Source: Candidatus Kapaibacterium sp.
GTDB lineage: Bacteria; Bacteroidota; Ignavibacteria; Kapaibacteriales; UBA2268
Length of the DNA: 64,000 nt
Direction of reading: 5' to 3'
Assembly: GCA_937927515.1 (NCBI GenBank)
Contig: CALBDO010000005.1
Location: 71,665 to 135,664 of the forward strand
Part shown: piece after piece, positions 30,881 through 40,777 of the stretch
How positions within the stretch are numbered: position 1 is the stretch's first letter
Layout of the letters: every line of letters begins with the position of its first letter
The notes under the pieces: generated by a model
Database searches by the model: none
The model's input: only the letters and a program-made list of their open reading frames with translations
What the model was told of the DNA's origin: nothing
Position numbers and translations under genes: made by a program

Positions 30881-33597
30881 TGCTTTCTCAATTTGGTTAA
30901 AAGTATTTCCAATTTGTTTAAAGTCTCGGTCATACTTTCGAGTTTTATCTTTTCTTTTTCAATTACTTCCGGTTTTGCTCTCTCGAGGAAAATAGGATTG
31001 TTTAATTTTTTGTTGATTGACAAAATATTATTTTGCAATCTCTCTTTCTCCTTCGAAATTCTTTCGATTTCTTTTGTTAAGTCGATATCTTTGCTTATCA
31101 AAATATGAATTTCAACATCTCTTACGATGCTTGTTATTGAATTCAAGTTTTCGTCGGCTTTATCCAATATCTGGATTTGATTGCCCTTGACAAAGAATAG
31201 AAGAGCTTCACTATTTGCATTCAGCATGTTCTTCAACTCTTGGTTTTGTGTAACTAAAATTAAGTCTATCTTTCTAAACGGCTCAATATTTATCTCGTTA
31301 CGAAGTTTTCGGATTTCTTCTACAACCAATTGGAAAATTTCGAAATTTTTCTCTACAGACTCATCTATATACTCACTATTGGCTTGTGGGAAATTTTCAA
31401 CACTTATACTTTGATTAAGATGATTGTTTTTCAACAAATGCCATAATTCTTCTGAAATAAATGGCATAACTGGATGTATTAGTTTTAAGATATTCTCAAA
31501 AATATCAAGCGAAAATCGCATCAAGGCATGATTGAAAGAGATTTCGTTAGTATCATTTAGTTCGACTTTTAGAATTTCAACATACCAGTCACAAAAATCT
31601 TTCCAAATGAAATCATAAAGTAATTTTGCATAATCGTTAATACGATAACTCTCGAGATTTTTATTCGATTTTTGGATAGTTGAATGAAGGCGAGACCTAA
31701 TCCACATGTCTGCGTAACTTAGTTCCTCTTCGGCAAGTATACGATTTTGATTGGATGGACAAGTATCGGGCAGGAAAATCAAATCGCGTTTCAACAAAAG
31801 GAATCTTGCAGCATTCCAAATTTTATTCGCAAAGTTTCTTCCAATCTCCATCGATGGAATATCTTGAGTTTTGACGTCAATTTCCATGCGAACATCTTGA
31901 CCAAGTGGAGAAAGAAACGTCATTGTGTACCTTGTTGCATCCGCTCCATACTTTTCGATAATTCTTAAAGGGTCGGGAGAGTTTCCAAGAGATTTACTCA
32001 ATTTCCTTCCCAGGTCGTCTCGTATCGTGCTTGTGAAGTAAACATCTTTGAACGGAATTTCATTTTTAAACTTCATCGTAGCCATTATCATTCGCGCCAC
32101 CCAGAAGAAAATAATATCGGGAGCAGTCACAAGTAGGTCTGTGGGGAGGAATTTTCTTAGGTCCGGGGTGTCTTCGGTCGCACCGTCGTGTAGCCATCTC
32201 ATAGTGGTTAATGGCCAAAGCCAAGAAGAAAACCAAGTATCAAGAACATCTGGGTCTTGTAGCAATTGAACATCATCATCGATGTTTAGTTTTGCTTTCG
32301 CTTCTTTTTCACTTCTAGCAGCGGTATACCTACCATCTGGGGCATAATAGACAGGGATTCTATGACCCCACCAAAGTTGGCGCGATATACACCAGTCTCG
32401 GACATTTTCCAACCAATGTTGATATGTTTTTTCCCAATGCTTGGGATAAAACTTTATTCGACCATCCAGAACTGGTTTGAGGGCAAGCTCGGCCAGCGGT
32501 TTCATTTTTACGAACCATTGGTCCGATAGGTAGGGTTCTATTGGCTCTCCACCTCGTTGCGAGAACCCGACATTATGAATATAATCATCGACCTTTTCCA
32601 AGAGACCTTTGTCCTTTAATCTTTCCACAATTTTTTTTCTTGCCTCGAAACGTTCTATTCCATTAAATTCACCAGCGTGTTCATTTAGTTTTCCGTCTGG
32701 ATTTATGGAATTAATGATTGGAAGATTGTGTCGTATCCCAACTTCGAAATCATTTGGGTCGTGGGCTGGAGTAATTTTTACGCACCCAGTTCCGAAGGTC
32801 GGGTCTGCATAATCGTCGGCAATAACAGGAACTTCACGATTGGCAAGGGGAACGAGCACCTTCATTCCAATGAAATTTTTATATCTTTCATCATTTGGAT
32901 TAACGGCAACAGCAACATCACCAAAGATGGTTTCTGGTCGGACAGTTGCTACAAGTAAATATTCATTTGAGTTTACAAAGTAGTATCGAAGAGTATAAAT
33001 GTGTTCTTTAACTTCACGAAATTCTACTTCTTCATCGGAGAGGGCGGTTTGCGACAAAGGTGACCAATTTATGATTCTTTTGCCACGATAAATCAATCCC
33101 TCCTCGAATAGCCGAATAAATGCTTCGCGAACAGCATTGGAGGCGGATTCATCCATTGTAAATAGTGTTCGACTCCAATCGCAAGAGACACCCAATTCCC
33201 GCAGTTGTCGCAAAATTATTCCTCCGTATTGTTCTTTCCATTGCCAGACTCGTTCTAAAAACTTTTCTCGTCCTAAATCGTATCGTGTTAGTCCTTCTTT
33301 GGCGAGTTCGCGTTCAACTTTAGTCTGTGTAGCAATTCCAGCATGGTCCGTTCCAGGAAACCAACAAACTTCATATCCAAGCATTCTTTTCCATCGAATG
33401 TAAATGTCTTGTATTGTTATATTTAATACGTGACCAAAGTGCAAGATACCAGTAATATTTGGTGGTGGCATTAATATGCTGTAAGGGGGCTTGGGCGAGC
33501 TTGCAGAAGCAATGTATATCTGATTTCTTTGCCAAACTTCATACCATCTTTTTTCTACTTCTCGTGGATTATATGATTTTGGATACTTGTCCTGCAT
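30877..33597 (-). CDS. valS: Valine--tRNA ligase
   Basis: 906 aa with HIGH-type PPNITGILHFGH, KMSKS as KLSKSLGN, and a C-terminal coiled coil. Confidence 0.95.
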   Translation of the reverse strand: MQDKYPKSYNPREVEKRWYEVWQRNQIYIASASSPKPPYSILMPPPNITGILHFGHVLNITIQDIYIRWKRMLGYEVCWFPGTDHAGIATQTKVERELAKEGLTRYDLGREKFLERVWQWKEQYGGIILRQLRELGVSCDWSRTLFTMDESASNAVREAFIRLFEEGLIYRGKRIINWSPLSQTALSDEEVEFREVKEHIYTLRYYFVNSNEYLLVATVRPETIFGDVAVAVNPNDERYKNFIGMKVLVPLANREVPVIADDYADPTFGTGCVKITPAHDPNDFEVGIRHNLPIINSINPDGKLNEHAGEFNGIERFEARKKIVERLKDKGLLEKVDDYIHNVGFSQRGGEPIEPYLSDQWFVKMKPLAELALKPVLDGRIKFYPKHWEKTYQHWLENVRDWCISRQLWWGHRIPVYYAPDGRYTAARSEKEAKAKLNIDDDVQLLQDPDVLDTWFSSWLWPLTTMRWLHDGATEDTPDLRKFLPTDLLVTAPDIIFFWVARMIMATMKFKNEIPFKDVYFTSTIRDDLGRKLSKSLGNSPDPLRIIEKYGADATRYTMTFLSPLGQDVRMEIDVKTQDIPSMEIGRNFANKIWNAARFLLLKRDLIFLPDTCPSNQNRILAEEELSYADMWIRSRLHSTIQKSNKNLESYRINDYAKLLYDFIWKDFCDWYVEILKVELNDTNEISFNHALMRFSLDIFENILKLIHPVMPFISEELWHLLKNNHLNQSISVENFPQANSEYIDESVEKNFEIFQLVVEEIRKLRNEINIEPFRKIDLILVTQNQELKNMLNANSEALLFFVKGNQIQILDKADENLNSITSIVRDVEIHILISKDIDLTKEIERISKEKERLQNNILSINKKLNNPIFLERAKPEVIEKEKIKLESMTETLNKLEILLTKLRKQ

Positions 33598-33726
33598 AGT
33601 TTATCAACTCATTATAAAATTACAAACTTACGAAAATCGCCGCTTATAGCAAAAATAAACACTAATGATGTATTATGTATATGATTATGTTTACTCGATA
33701 TTCTATACTTATGGGAAAGAATTTTG

Positions 33727-35892
33727 TTATTTATCTATGAACGGGTTGTATTCATTGTCCTCTTGATAGAATCTGTAATCGTCGACTTCAATGAAGTCGC
33801 CCCACTTCTTGTGAAAATAGAGGTAGTTTTTTAAGTCAATGCTATTGGGGTCATTAAATTTCAAAGCATAGTAATCTAAACCTTTTAACTTTTTAGTCAT
33901 AGATTCTAAATGAACTGCCAAAATCTTGGCATTGAACCAAACTTTATAGCCCGCTCTACGAACTGCAATGCAAAGGTCAATATCCTCGTGTCCGAATTGA
34001 TAAGTCTCATCAAAACCACCTATGGCCTCGAATAGTTCTCGCCTTATTGCCAAGAAAGCGCCAGTTACAGCTTGAACCTCTCGACTTTTGGAGACACACA
34101 ATTCATTACTTGGTTTGCATAGATAGATGTGATAATGTAGTTTCATTCCGTTTTTTAATCTTCGAAAAACAATCCCAGCGTGTTGAACTAATCCATTAGG
34201 ATATAGTAATTTGGCTCCTTGTATGCCAATTTTTGGATTATTCTCGAAAGTTTCTAAAAGTGCTTCACTCCAATTATTATCTAAAAAGACATCGTTGTTT
34301 AAGAAAACTAAATATTTGCCCCGAGCAATTCTTGCGCCTTGATTGTTCGATTCTGAGTAGTTTTTCTCAATTTTGTTGTAGATAGCTTTCAATAGACCAA
34401 TTCTTTCTAATCGTTTTAGCATTGGTACTGTTGAATCAACGGAATTATTATCTACTATAATGATTTCATAGTTAAATGTATGAACAGTATGGAAAATTTT
34501 CCTAATACATTGAAATGTTACGTCCCAATTATTGTGTGTTGGAATTATGATTGAAATTGTCGGAATTGTTTTTTTAAATAGAGCTATCTTTTCCTCAAAT
34601 TCCTTTTTTATAATCTCAAATTCCTCAAATCTCATCATCGCTAGTAAAATTGTACCTAATTGATGTAGAGAAATGAGGTTATTGGGATTCTTGTTTAAAT
34701 CTTCTCTAGACCAAATTTCTCCTAACTCAATAAAGCCTTTGTAATTATCTGAGTACTTATCTAATATTTTACTCCACTTTTTATTGAGTAAATCTAAATT
34801 CATTTGGTCGTATTTATTCCTATTTGGAGTTTGCGATTCAAAGTGGTAAATAACTGAATTAGCACAAAAACGAATTCTAAAATTTGCTTCTCTTGCTCTT
34901 ATACAAAAGTCTACATCTTCGTAACTATTAATATAATCTTCGTCTAACAAGCCAATTCGTTCAAAAACTTCCTTTTTAATCAAGACGCAAGCGAAAGTAA
35001 CGCAATTATAATCCATTGAAATATGGGCTTCGGGAATGTTTTTTTGGTTATTAAGCTTTGCAAAATGGTATGGGTAAAATTTATCCATTTTCACAAATTT
35101 TACGCCAATGTGCTGTATTAAGTTTGAATTTGGATAAAGTAATTTGGAACCGACAATTCCAATATCCTTAGAGCTTTCTGCTTCATTAATTAAGTTCGAA
35201 AGCCATCCTTGTGTTACAATTGTGTCATTATTAAGCAAGACAATGTATTTCGAATTTGATGCAGAGATACCTTGATTGCAAGCTTTTGCAAAGCCTAGAT
35301 TTTGAGAATTTGTAATAACGTGTATGTTTTTGTAACTTGTGGAGAGTTGCGCAAGAAATTCTTTAGTTCCGTCGGTAGAGGCATTATCAACAATTATTAA
35401 TTGAAGCTCTTTGAACTCTGGTGTATTCTCTATAATTGATTTAATGCATTGCTTTGTAAGTTCCACTTTGTTGAACACGGGGATTATGATAGATGCAATG
35501 AATTCCCCTGGATGATTTTGAAAGTAAGATTGTTTATTAAGCACAAGGGATTCAGTGTAATCATTGCTAAATCCTTTTTTCAGTTCTAATTCTATGTTTT
35601 GTTTTAGTGTAAAGGCTTGATAATTGCTTGGGAATTTGGTGCATTCTTGGTTAATTGAATTTAAAGCGTCTAAGTACCTACCAAGTTGCATTTCAGAGTA
35701 TGCTTTAATTAAGTATAGATTTGGAATAGAAATACCGAATTTATTAGAAAGGTTTATAGATTCTATAATCAAAGGCAAAGCCAGGTTGAATTCTCTTCTC
35801 TGAAAATGCTCCAAGGCTTTGCCAACAGAGGATTCTAACTTTGATTTTTCCGATTGTGGGAGATTATTAACATCATCAAATCCAAAATCCAT
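33727..35892 (-). CDS. Glycosyltransferase with an N-terminal TPR-like region and two tandem GT2 (GT-A) domains
   Basis: Two GT2 signatures (IIIPVFN...IIVDNASTDGT and SIIIPTHNN...IIVDNNSVDST), each with DxD-like motifs. Confidence 0.8.
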   Translation of the reverse strand: MDFGFDDVNNLPQSEKSKLESSVGKALEHFQRREFNLALPLIIESINLSNKFGISIPNLYLIKAYSEMQLGRYLDALNSINQECTKFPSNYQAFTLKQNIELELKKGFSNDYTESLVLNKQSYFQNHPGEFIASIIIPVFNKVELTKQCIKSIIENTPEFKELQLIIVDNASTDGTKEFLAQLSTSYKNIHVITNSQNLGFAKACNQGISASNSKYIVLLNNDTIVTQGWLSNLINEAESSKDIGIVGSKLLYPNSNLIQHIGVKFVKMDKFYPYHFAKLNNQKNIPEAHISMDYNCVTFACVLIKKEVFERIGLLDEDYINSYEDVDFCIRAREANFRIRFCANSVIYHFESQTPNRNKYDQMNLDLLNKKWSKILDKYSDNYKGFIELGEIWSREDLNKNPNNLISLHQLGTILLAMMRFEEFEIIKKEFEEKIALFKKTIPTISIIIPTHNNWDVTFQCIRKIFHTVHTFNYEIIIVDNNSVDSTVPMLKRLERIGLLKAIYNKIEKNYSESNNQGARIARGKYLVFLNNDVFLDNNWSEALLETFENNPKIGIQGAKLLYPNGLVQHAGIVFRRLKNGMKLHYHIYLCKPSNELCVSKSREVQAVTGAFLAIRRELFEAIGGFDETYQFGHEDIDLCIAVRRAGYKVWFNAKILAVHLESMTKKLKGLDYYALKFNDPNSIDLKNYLYFHKKWGDFIEVDDYRFYQEDNEYNPFIDK

Positions 35893-36084
35893 TTCAAAAT
35901 TTTGGATAATTTGAAATTACAATTTTAAAAATTTTAGGCAACTTTTGTTTCAGAAATTCCACGATGTATTCTTGAATATTTTTAATGTTGCTTTATCTTA
36001 ATTAAATTATTTCATATATCTCTCGTGCCCACAGGTTGAAAAATGTACTTTAACATTTAATCTTACCAGTGGAACAAAAATTAC

Positions 36085-38025
36085 TTACTTGGTTAAACTA
36101 ATTAGAAAATTCCATTCTTTGGTGTAATCAATTTTATTGTAATATTCTGTTTCTCTTTTAACACCAACAACTTTGTTCTTATCATCGTAAATTGGAACTC
36201 TTCGCACGACTGCAAGGGTTATTCTTTTTAATACTTTTTGAAAGTCAGATTCAGTAGAAATGCGTATCCATTGCAATATCTCGGAATACCAAAGAATTTC
36301 ATTATTGTCGCTAATTTCAAGATGAAATTCAATAGTATCGTTTAAGTCGTATCCATTTTCAAATTCGTTTTCAATTTGTATCTCATTTAAGTTGATTTTT
36401 TGAACATAGTTCTTTTTAAATGGGTTCATTTCGACATAAATTTTTTTCTCGACAGTTGAATTGTTAGAAGAAGTTTTTGAAGAATGCGAAAACTTATTAC
36501 CGTCCCAAAAAATTTGGTTGGAGGTAAAATCGAAATTGAAATGATATTTTTGGTTACTCGACGACCCGCTCAGTGATGCGTAGAAGTTACAATAAAATTG
36601 TTTTAAATGGGAATATTGTGATGATTGTTGTTGAACAGAATAGAAATTAATACCATTGAAATCAATGTAAGCATAGATTTTTTTTGCTTTTTCCAGCTCG
36701 CTTTTTGATGATACTGCTTCAAAATTGCCATCAGTACAATTCACTTTGTAAGTTTTGGAATCAATAAAAACAATTACTTCGCCATTGTATGATACTTTAT
36801 TAGGGTATTCATCAGTTTTGAAAGTCTCGACAGTTCCAGCAATTTTGCCATTTTCATAGTCAATTTTTTTAATTGTGACTTGGATTGGTGGCATAAATAA
36901 GGCAAGGTCTTTCATTGCCGAAACCATAAAATTTGGGATAAGTTCAGAAGCTTGGGATTCAACACATTCCTTGTCGATATATGGATATCCTCGATTTCTG
37001 AATATAGAGTTGAAATATCCTTTATCTTTTGCCATTTTCACACGACGGCCACTTGGAAAAACTTTGTAGAAAGTGAATTCCTCCTCTACGTATTCCAGAT
37101 TTTCTAATTTAGGCGAGCTATATTCCTTCTCGCCATTTAATGGTTTAATAGTGGAATATCCTTTGCCGGAAATAGTTTCACCACTAAAAAAATTTGAATT
37201 TGTAAACAAGGCAAGTTGTTCATGAACTTCGCGAATAGTTTTTGCTTTTTGTATATTTTCCAAAAGAAATGGGTCTGGCTGGCCGTCTGCATAGTCTTTT
37301 ATCCAAGATGGATTGAAAAGTTCTTCGTATGGGTCTGGGCTGCCAAAAGCCCAACCCCAACTTAATCCAAATGGAGCTGCATGGCTATCATTTCGTACAT
37401 GAGGTGGGCAAGCCATGTCTGCTAGATTATGCAAAACCTCTCCAAAGCATCGCCAAGCTTTTGCAAGAAGTTGTCGCTTCTTCTGTGGGTCTGGTTCTTG
37501 AATTGCTTGAAGCATATATAATTTTCCATTCTTAGCGCTCAATTTATTTGCTTCTCCTTTCGGTGTATCGCCAAGTGCCCATTCAATTGCATCAATACCC
37601 GGGTTTGGATAGAAACCTTCCCAATATGTTCCACGATTTGAAAGATATTTCTTACCATCCTTTAATCCTTTCGGGTCGAAAAAATGTCGAACCGCAGCTG
37701 GGACTTCGGGCTCGTCGGCAGACATACCGCCATGAGCTATCCATTCTCCAGGTGTTAGGTTCAACTCACTCTCTCCAGTAGTTGATTCAAAAAGACCTAA
37801 ATTACTTACACCCTGACCTTTTAACTTATTCAAATTGTCTGTCAGTTTTAGTTGAAAACCTAAATCAAAAGGGTCCTTTGTGGACATTAGTTTCTCTAAA
37901 TATTTTACAAATTCACTGTTAAAGGTCGTGTGTGATTTAGTATTTTCATAACTAATTGAAGCAAAATGTAGTGCAACGTATGTTGCAAAACCAGCTATCA
38001 ACATTATTATATTTCTTGTTTTCAT
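36085..38025 (-). CDS. Zinc-dependent phospholipase C / P1-nuclease superfamily domain protein with a ~370-aa unknown C-terminal region
   Basis: Signal/TM at the N-terminus. HFFDP aligns to HFYDP, and AWRCFGEVLHNLADMACPPH aligns to the Bacillus cereus PLC segment LGLSLHYLGDVNQPMH. Both are Zn-ligand segments. Confidence 0.6.
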   Translation of the reverse strand: MKTRNIIMLIAGFATYVALHFASISYENTKSHTTFNSEFVKYLEKLMSTKDPFDLGFQLKLTDNLNKLKGQGVSNLGLFESTTGESELNLTPGEWIAHGGMSADEPEVPAAVRHFFDPKGLKDGKKYLSNRGTYWEGFYPNPGIDAIEWALGDTPKGEANKLSAKNGKLYMLQAIQEPDPQKKRQLLAKAWRCFGEVLHNLADMACPPHVRNDSHAAPFGLSWGWAFGSPDPYEELFNPSWIKDYADGQPDPFLLENIQKAKTIREVHEQLALFTNSNFFSGETISGKGYSTIKPLNGEKEYSSPKLENLEYVEEEFTFYKVFPSGRRVKMAKDKGYFNSIFRNRGYPYIDKECVESQASELIPNFMVSAMKDLALFMPPIQVTIKKIDYENGKIAGTVETFKTDEYPNKVSYNGEVIVFIDSKTYKVNCTDGNFEAVSSKSELEKAKKIYAYIDFNGINFYSVQQQSSQYSHLKQFYCNFYASLSGSSSNQKYHFNFDFTSNQIFWDGNKFSHSSKTSSNNSTVEKKIYVEMNPFKKNYVQKINLNEIQIENEFENGYDLNDTIEFHLEISDNNEILWYSEILQWIRISTESDFQKVLKRITLAVVRRVPIYDDKNKVVGVKRETEYYNKIDYTKEWNFLISLTK

Positions 38026-38035
38026 CGTTTTCTCC

Positions 38036-38449
38036 TTAAAACCTTGCTATTTTCCAAATGCCATCACCACTTTGGGCAAAAGCCAGAGTGTACTTTTCAC
38101 CATTAATTGTTATTTCATATTCAGCATAGAAAGGTGTACCGTAGATAAGTTTTCTCCCAGCTAATGCTTCACCAAATTTCTTTAATGTTTCTGGGTTATC
38201 AGGAAGATAATTCTTGCAGGATTCTGCAAATTCATTGTAGGTAATTGAGAGGATGCTATCTTTTGAACCGCTTAAAAAGGCATTTTCGGCATGTTTTGCA
38301 AATGCTTTTAACTCTGCTGGTTCTATTCCTTTGGAGACTTCGTTGCTTGGACCGGTGGCTTTTTCAGGGCACATTGTAAAGTTGAACATTACAAATGCAA
38401 GCACAAATCCAATGACGTAAAACCTTGAATTTGAAAGTAACTTTTTCAT
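38036..38449 (-). CDS. Small secreted hypothetical protein
   Basis: 137 aa with signal peptide MKKLLSNSRFYVIGFVLAFVMF. Lies 10 bp upstream of the PLC-like gene on the same strand. Confidence 0.5.
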   Translation of the reverse strand: MKKLLSNSRFYVIGFVLAFVMFNFTMCPEKATGPSNEVSKGIEPAELKAFAKHAENAFLSGSKDSILSITYNEFAESCKNYLPDNPETLKKFGEALAGRKLIYGTPFYAEYEITINGEKYTLAFAQSGDGIWKIARF

Positions 38450-38676
38450 CTTTTTCCTTTAATTATTTAAAAAGTAGGAGTCTAAAATTCAATTTATTGA
38501 AAATTAATTTAAAAATACTATAAATAGCGAATATTGATTTTTTGTATGGTATTGTGGTTTAATTTTTAGATTTTGGGTTGGATGCAGATAAATTTACTAT
38601 TAACCGAATAATTTTTGAGATACAGATTGGTAATTTTCAAGGATTTTAGTAATTCTTTTCTTTTGTGGATTATGTT

Positions 38677-39843
38677 CTAACTGAAAGCATCTTTTACTCT
38701 GGTAAAGAAGTCTTTAGGTTTTTTAGTGTGGTTTTTTGGTTTTATGTTTTCACTTTGCAAAAGTTCTTTCAGGAGTGATTTTTCTTTTGAATTTATATTA
38801 TCTGGCACGTAAATATTGACTATTACTATTTGGTCGCCTTTTCCAAATTGGTTCAAGTGTGGTATCCCTTTGCCGGGTAATTTAATTCTGGTGCCTGGTT
38901 GTGTTCCGGGTTCGATTTTTAAAGATTCCATACCATAGAGAGTTGGGACCTCGACTTTAGTTCCCAAAACAGCTTCTGGAAAACTTATTAGAAGATTGTA
39001 ATGTACGTCGTCATTTTTCCTTTCAAAGAGTTCATGTTGTTTTTCTTCAATAACAATTATTAAATCTCCGGGTTCTCCTCCACGCCTTCCAGCGTTACCT
39101 TTACCAATTAATGGGATGTAGTTGCCATTTTCTACACCAGCTGGCACCTTTATTTGTATTGTTTCTTCACCTTGAATTCTGCCTTCGCCCATACATACGT
39201 TACATTTCTCAGCGATTATCCTTCCGCTTCCACCGCAGTTCGAACAGGTTGATATATTAATAAATTGTCCCAAAAATGAACGCGAGACCTGGCGAATTTC
39301 TCCAGTTCCATTGCAATTTGGGCAAGTTTTATATCCAGAGCCAGGTTTTGCCCCACTACCATCGCAATGCTTACAGGGGATATATTTTTTTAATTTTATC
39401 GTCTTTTCTACACCAGTGGCAATTTCCTCCAATGTCAAAGCTAGACGTATTTTTAAATCGGAGCCTCGCTCCCCGATAGATACTGCTCTTGTTCGTCTAC
39501 TTCTTGTACTTGTTCCAAAAAAATCATCAAAAATACTACTCCCAAAACCACCAAATATATCGCTGAATGCCGAGAAAATATCGTCGATGGAAGTGTAAGT
39601 ATGGTAATCGTACCCGCTTCTTAATCCTTCGTGACCAAATCTATCATATCTTTCTCTTTTTTCTGGGTCGCTCAAAACTTCGTAAGCCTCGGTTGCTTCC
39701 TTGAACTTCTCTTCGGCTTCTTTATTGCCCGGATTTCTATCGGGATGGTATTTCATTGCAAGCTTTCTGTATGCAGATTTTATCTCCTCGATGCTAGCAT
39801 TTCTGGATACACCCAAAATCTCGTAGTAATCTCTTTTAGACAT
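38677..39843 (-). CDS. dnaJ: Molecular chaperone DnaJ
   Basis: J-domain with HPD (KYHPDRN), G/F-rich region, and four CxxCxGxG zinc-finger repeats. Start at the ATG at 39843. Confidence 0.9.
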   Translation of the reverse strand: MSKRDYYEILGVSRNASIEEIKSAYRKLAMKYHPDRNPGNKEAEEKFKEATEAYEVLSDPEKRERYDRFGHEGLRSGYDYHTYTSIDDIFSAFSDIFGGFGSSIFDDFFGTSTRSRRTRAVSIGERGSDLKIRLALTLEEIATGVEKTIKLKKYIPCKHCDGSGAKPGSGYKTCPNCNGTGEIRQVSRSFLGQFINISTCSNCGGSGRIIAEKCNVCMGEGRIQGEETIQIKVPAGVENGNYIPLIGKGNAGRRGGEPGDLIIVIEEKQHELFERKNDDVHYNLLISFPEAVLGTKVEVPTLYGMESLKIEPGTQPGTRIKLPGKGIPHLNQFGKGDQIVIVNIYVPDNINSKEKSLLKELLQSENIKPKNHTKKPKDFFTRVKDAFS

Positions 39844-39863
39844 CTTAAAATCCAAATATAGTT

Positions 39864-40595
39864 TTACATTTCATTGTTTTTACCGTCATTACCACTAGGT
39901 CCCGAGGAGGTAATAACTTTGGTGTGTCGAAGTACTTTGTCGAAAAATTTATACCCTTTTTGCAGTTCTTGTACAACGTAGCCTTCTGGCAAATCCGATG
40001 GCATTGTCATTAATGCATCGTGGTACTCTACATCAAAGGGTTTCCCAACCGGGGAATCTATTTCCACTACACCAGCTTGCTCGAAAATTTTTTTTGCTTT
40101 TAACCAAATGAGTTCTATTCCCTTTGCCATCGCATCGAAATCTACATTTTGCTTTGAATTTTGTACCGCATTGCCTAAATCGTCGAGTATTGAAAGAAAC
40201 TCGGCAAGTAGCTTTTCGTTTCCATATTTAATTATTTCTTCTTTCTCTTTTTGAGTTCGGCGTCTGAAATTTTCAAATTCGGCTACTTTGCGTAGCAACT
40301 GCTCATGCAAATCACTTTTCTCTTTCATTAGTTGCTCAATTTGTGTTTCAAGTTTTGCAACTTCTTCTTTTAATTTTTGAATTTCCTCATCTTTTGATTG
40401 AAGCATTCTATTCTTTTCATCAATTTCCAACCCGGCGGAATCCTCTTTATCTTCGATTTTTTCTATATCATTTATGGTGTCGTTTGAAGTTATAGGGATT
40501 GTTTTTCCACCTTCGAACTTCAAATAAGTATTATAAATATCTTTAGCTTTATTGCCAGACTGCTTTAAAGGTTTTTTAGTATTTCCATCTTCCAT
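39864..40595 (-). CDS. grpE: Nucleotide exchange factor GrpE
   Basis: Coiled-coil N-terminal half followed by GrpE motifs (FENFRRR; the C-terminal beta domain). Confidence 0.85.
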   Translation of the reverse strand: MEDGNTKKPLKQSGNKAKDIYNTYLKFEGGKTIPITSNDTINDIEKIEDKEDSAGLEIDEKNRMLQSKDEEIQKLKEEVAKLETQIEQLMKEKSDLHEQLLRKVAEFENFRRRTQKEKEEIIKYGNEKLLAEFLSILDDLGNAVQNSKQNVDFDAMAKGIELIWLKAKKIFEQAGVVEIDSPVGKPFDVEYHDALMTMPSDLPEGYVVQELQKGYKFFDKVLRHTKVITSSGPSGNDGKNNEM

Positions 40596-40777
40596 AGTTT
40601 AATCCGAATATGTAAAATATTAAACGAATTTTTTATTCTTTTGTTTTTAAATGAAATTGATTTGCATTCATACATTGTTTTTGGAAGTCTTCAGAGAAAA
40701 TTTTAACAATATTAATTTAACTTTAATTTTTTTTTGCCAATTTGCAAATTTATATGTTCAACATACGAGGTAGTACT

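Noticed and set aside
40596-40777. HrcA CIRCE operator (TTAGCACTC-N9-GAGTGCTAA) upstream of grpE-dnaJ or groES
   Set aside because: I scanned both upstream regions and found no match or near-match. Heat-shock control presumably uses another mechanism.
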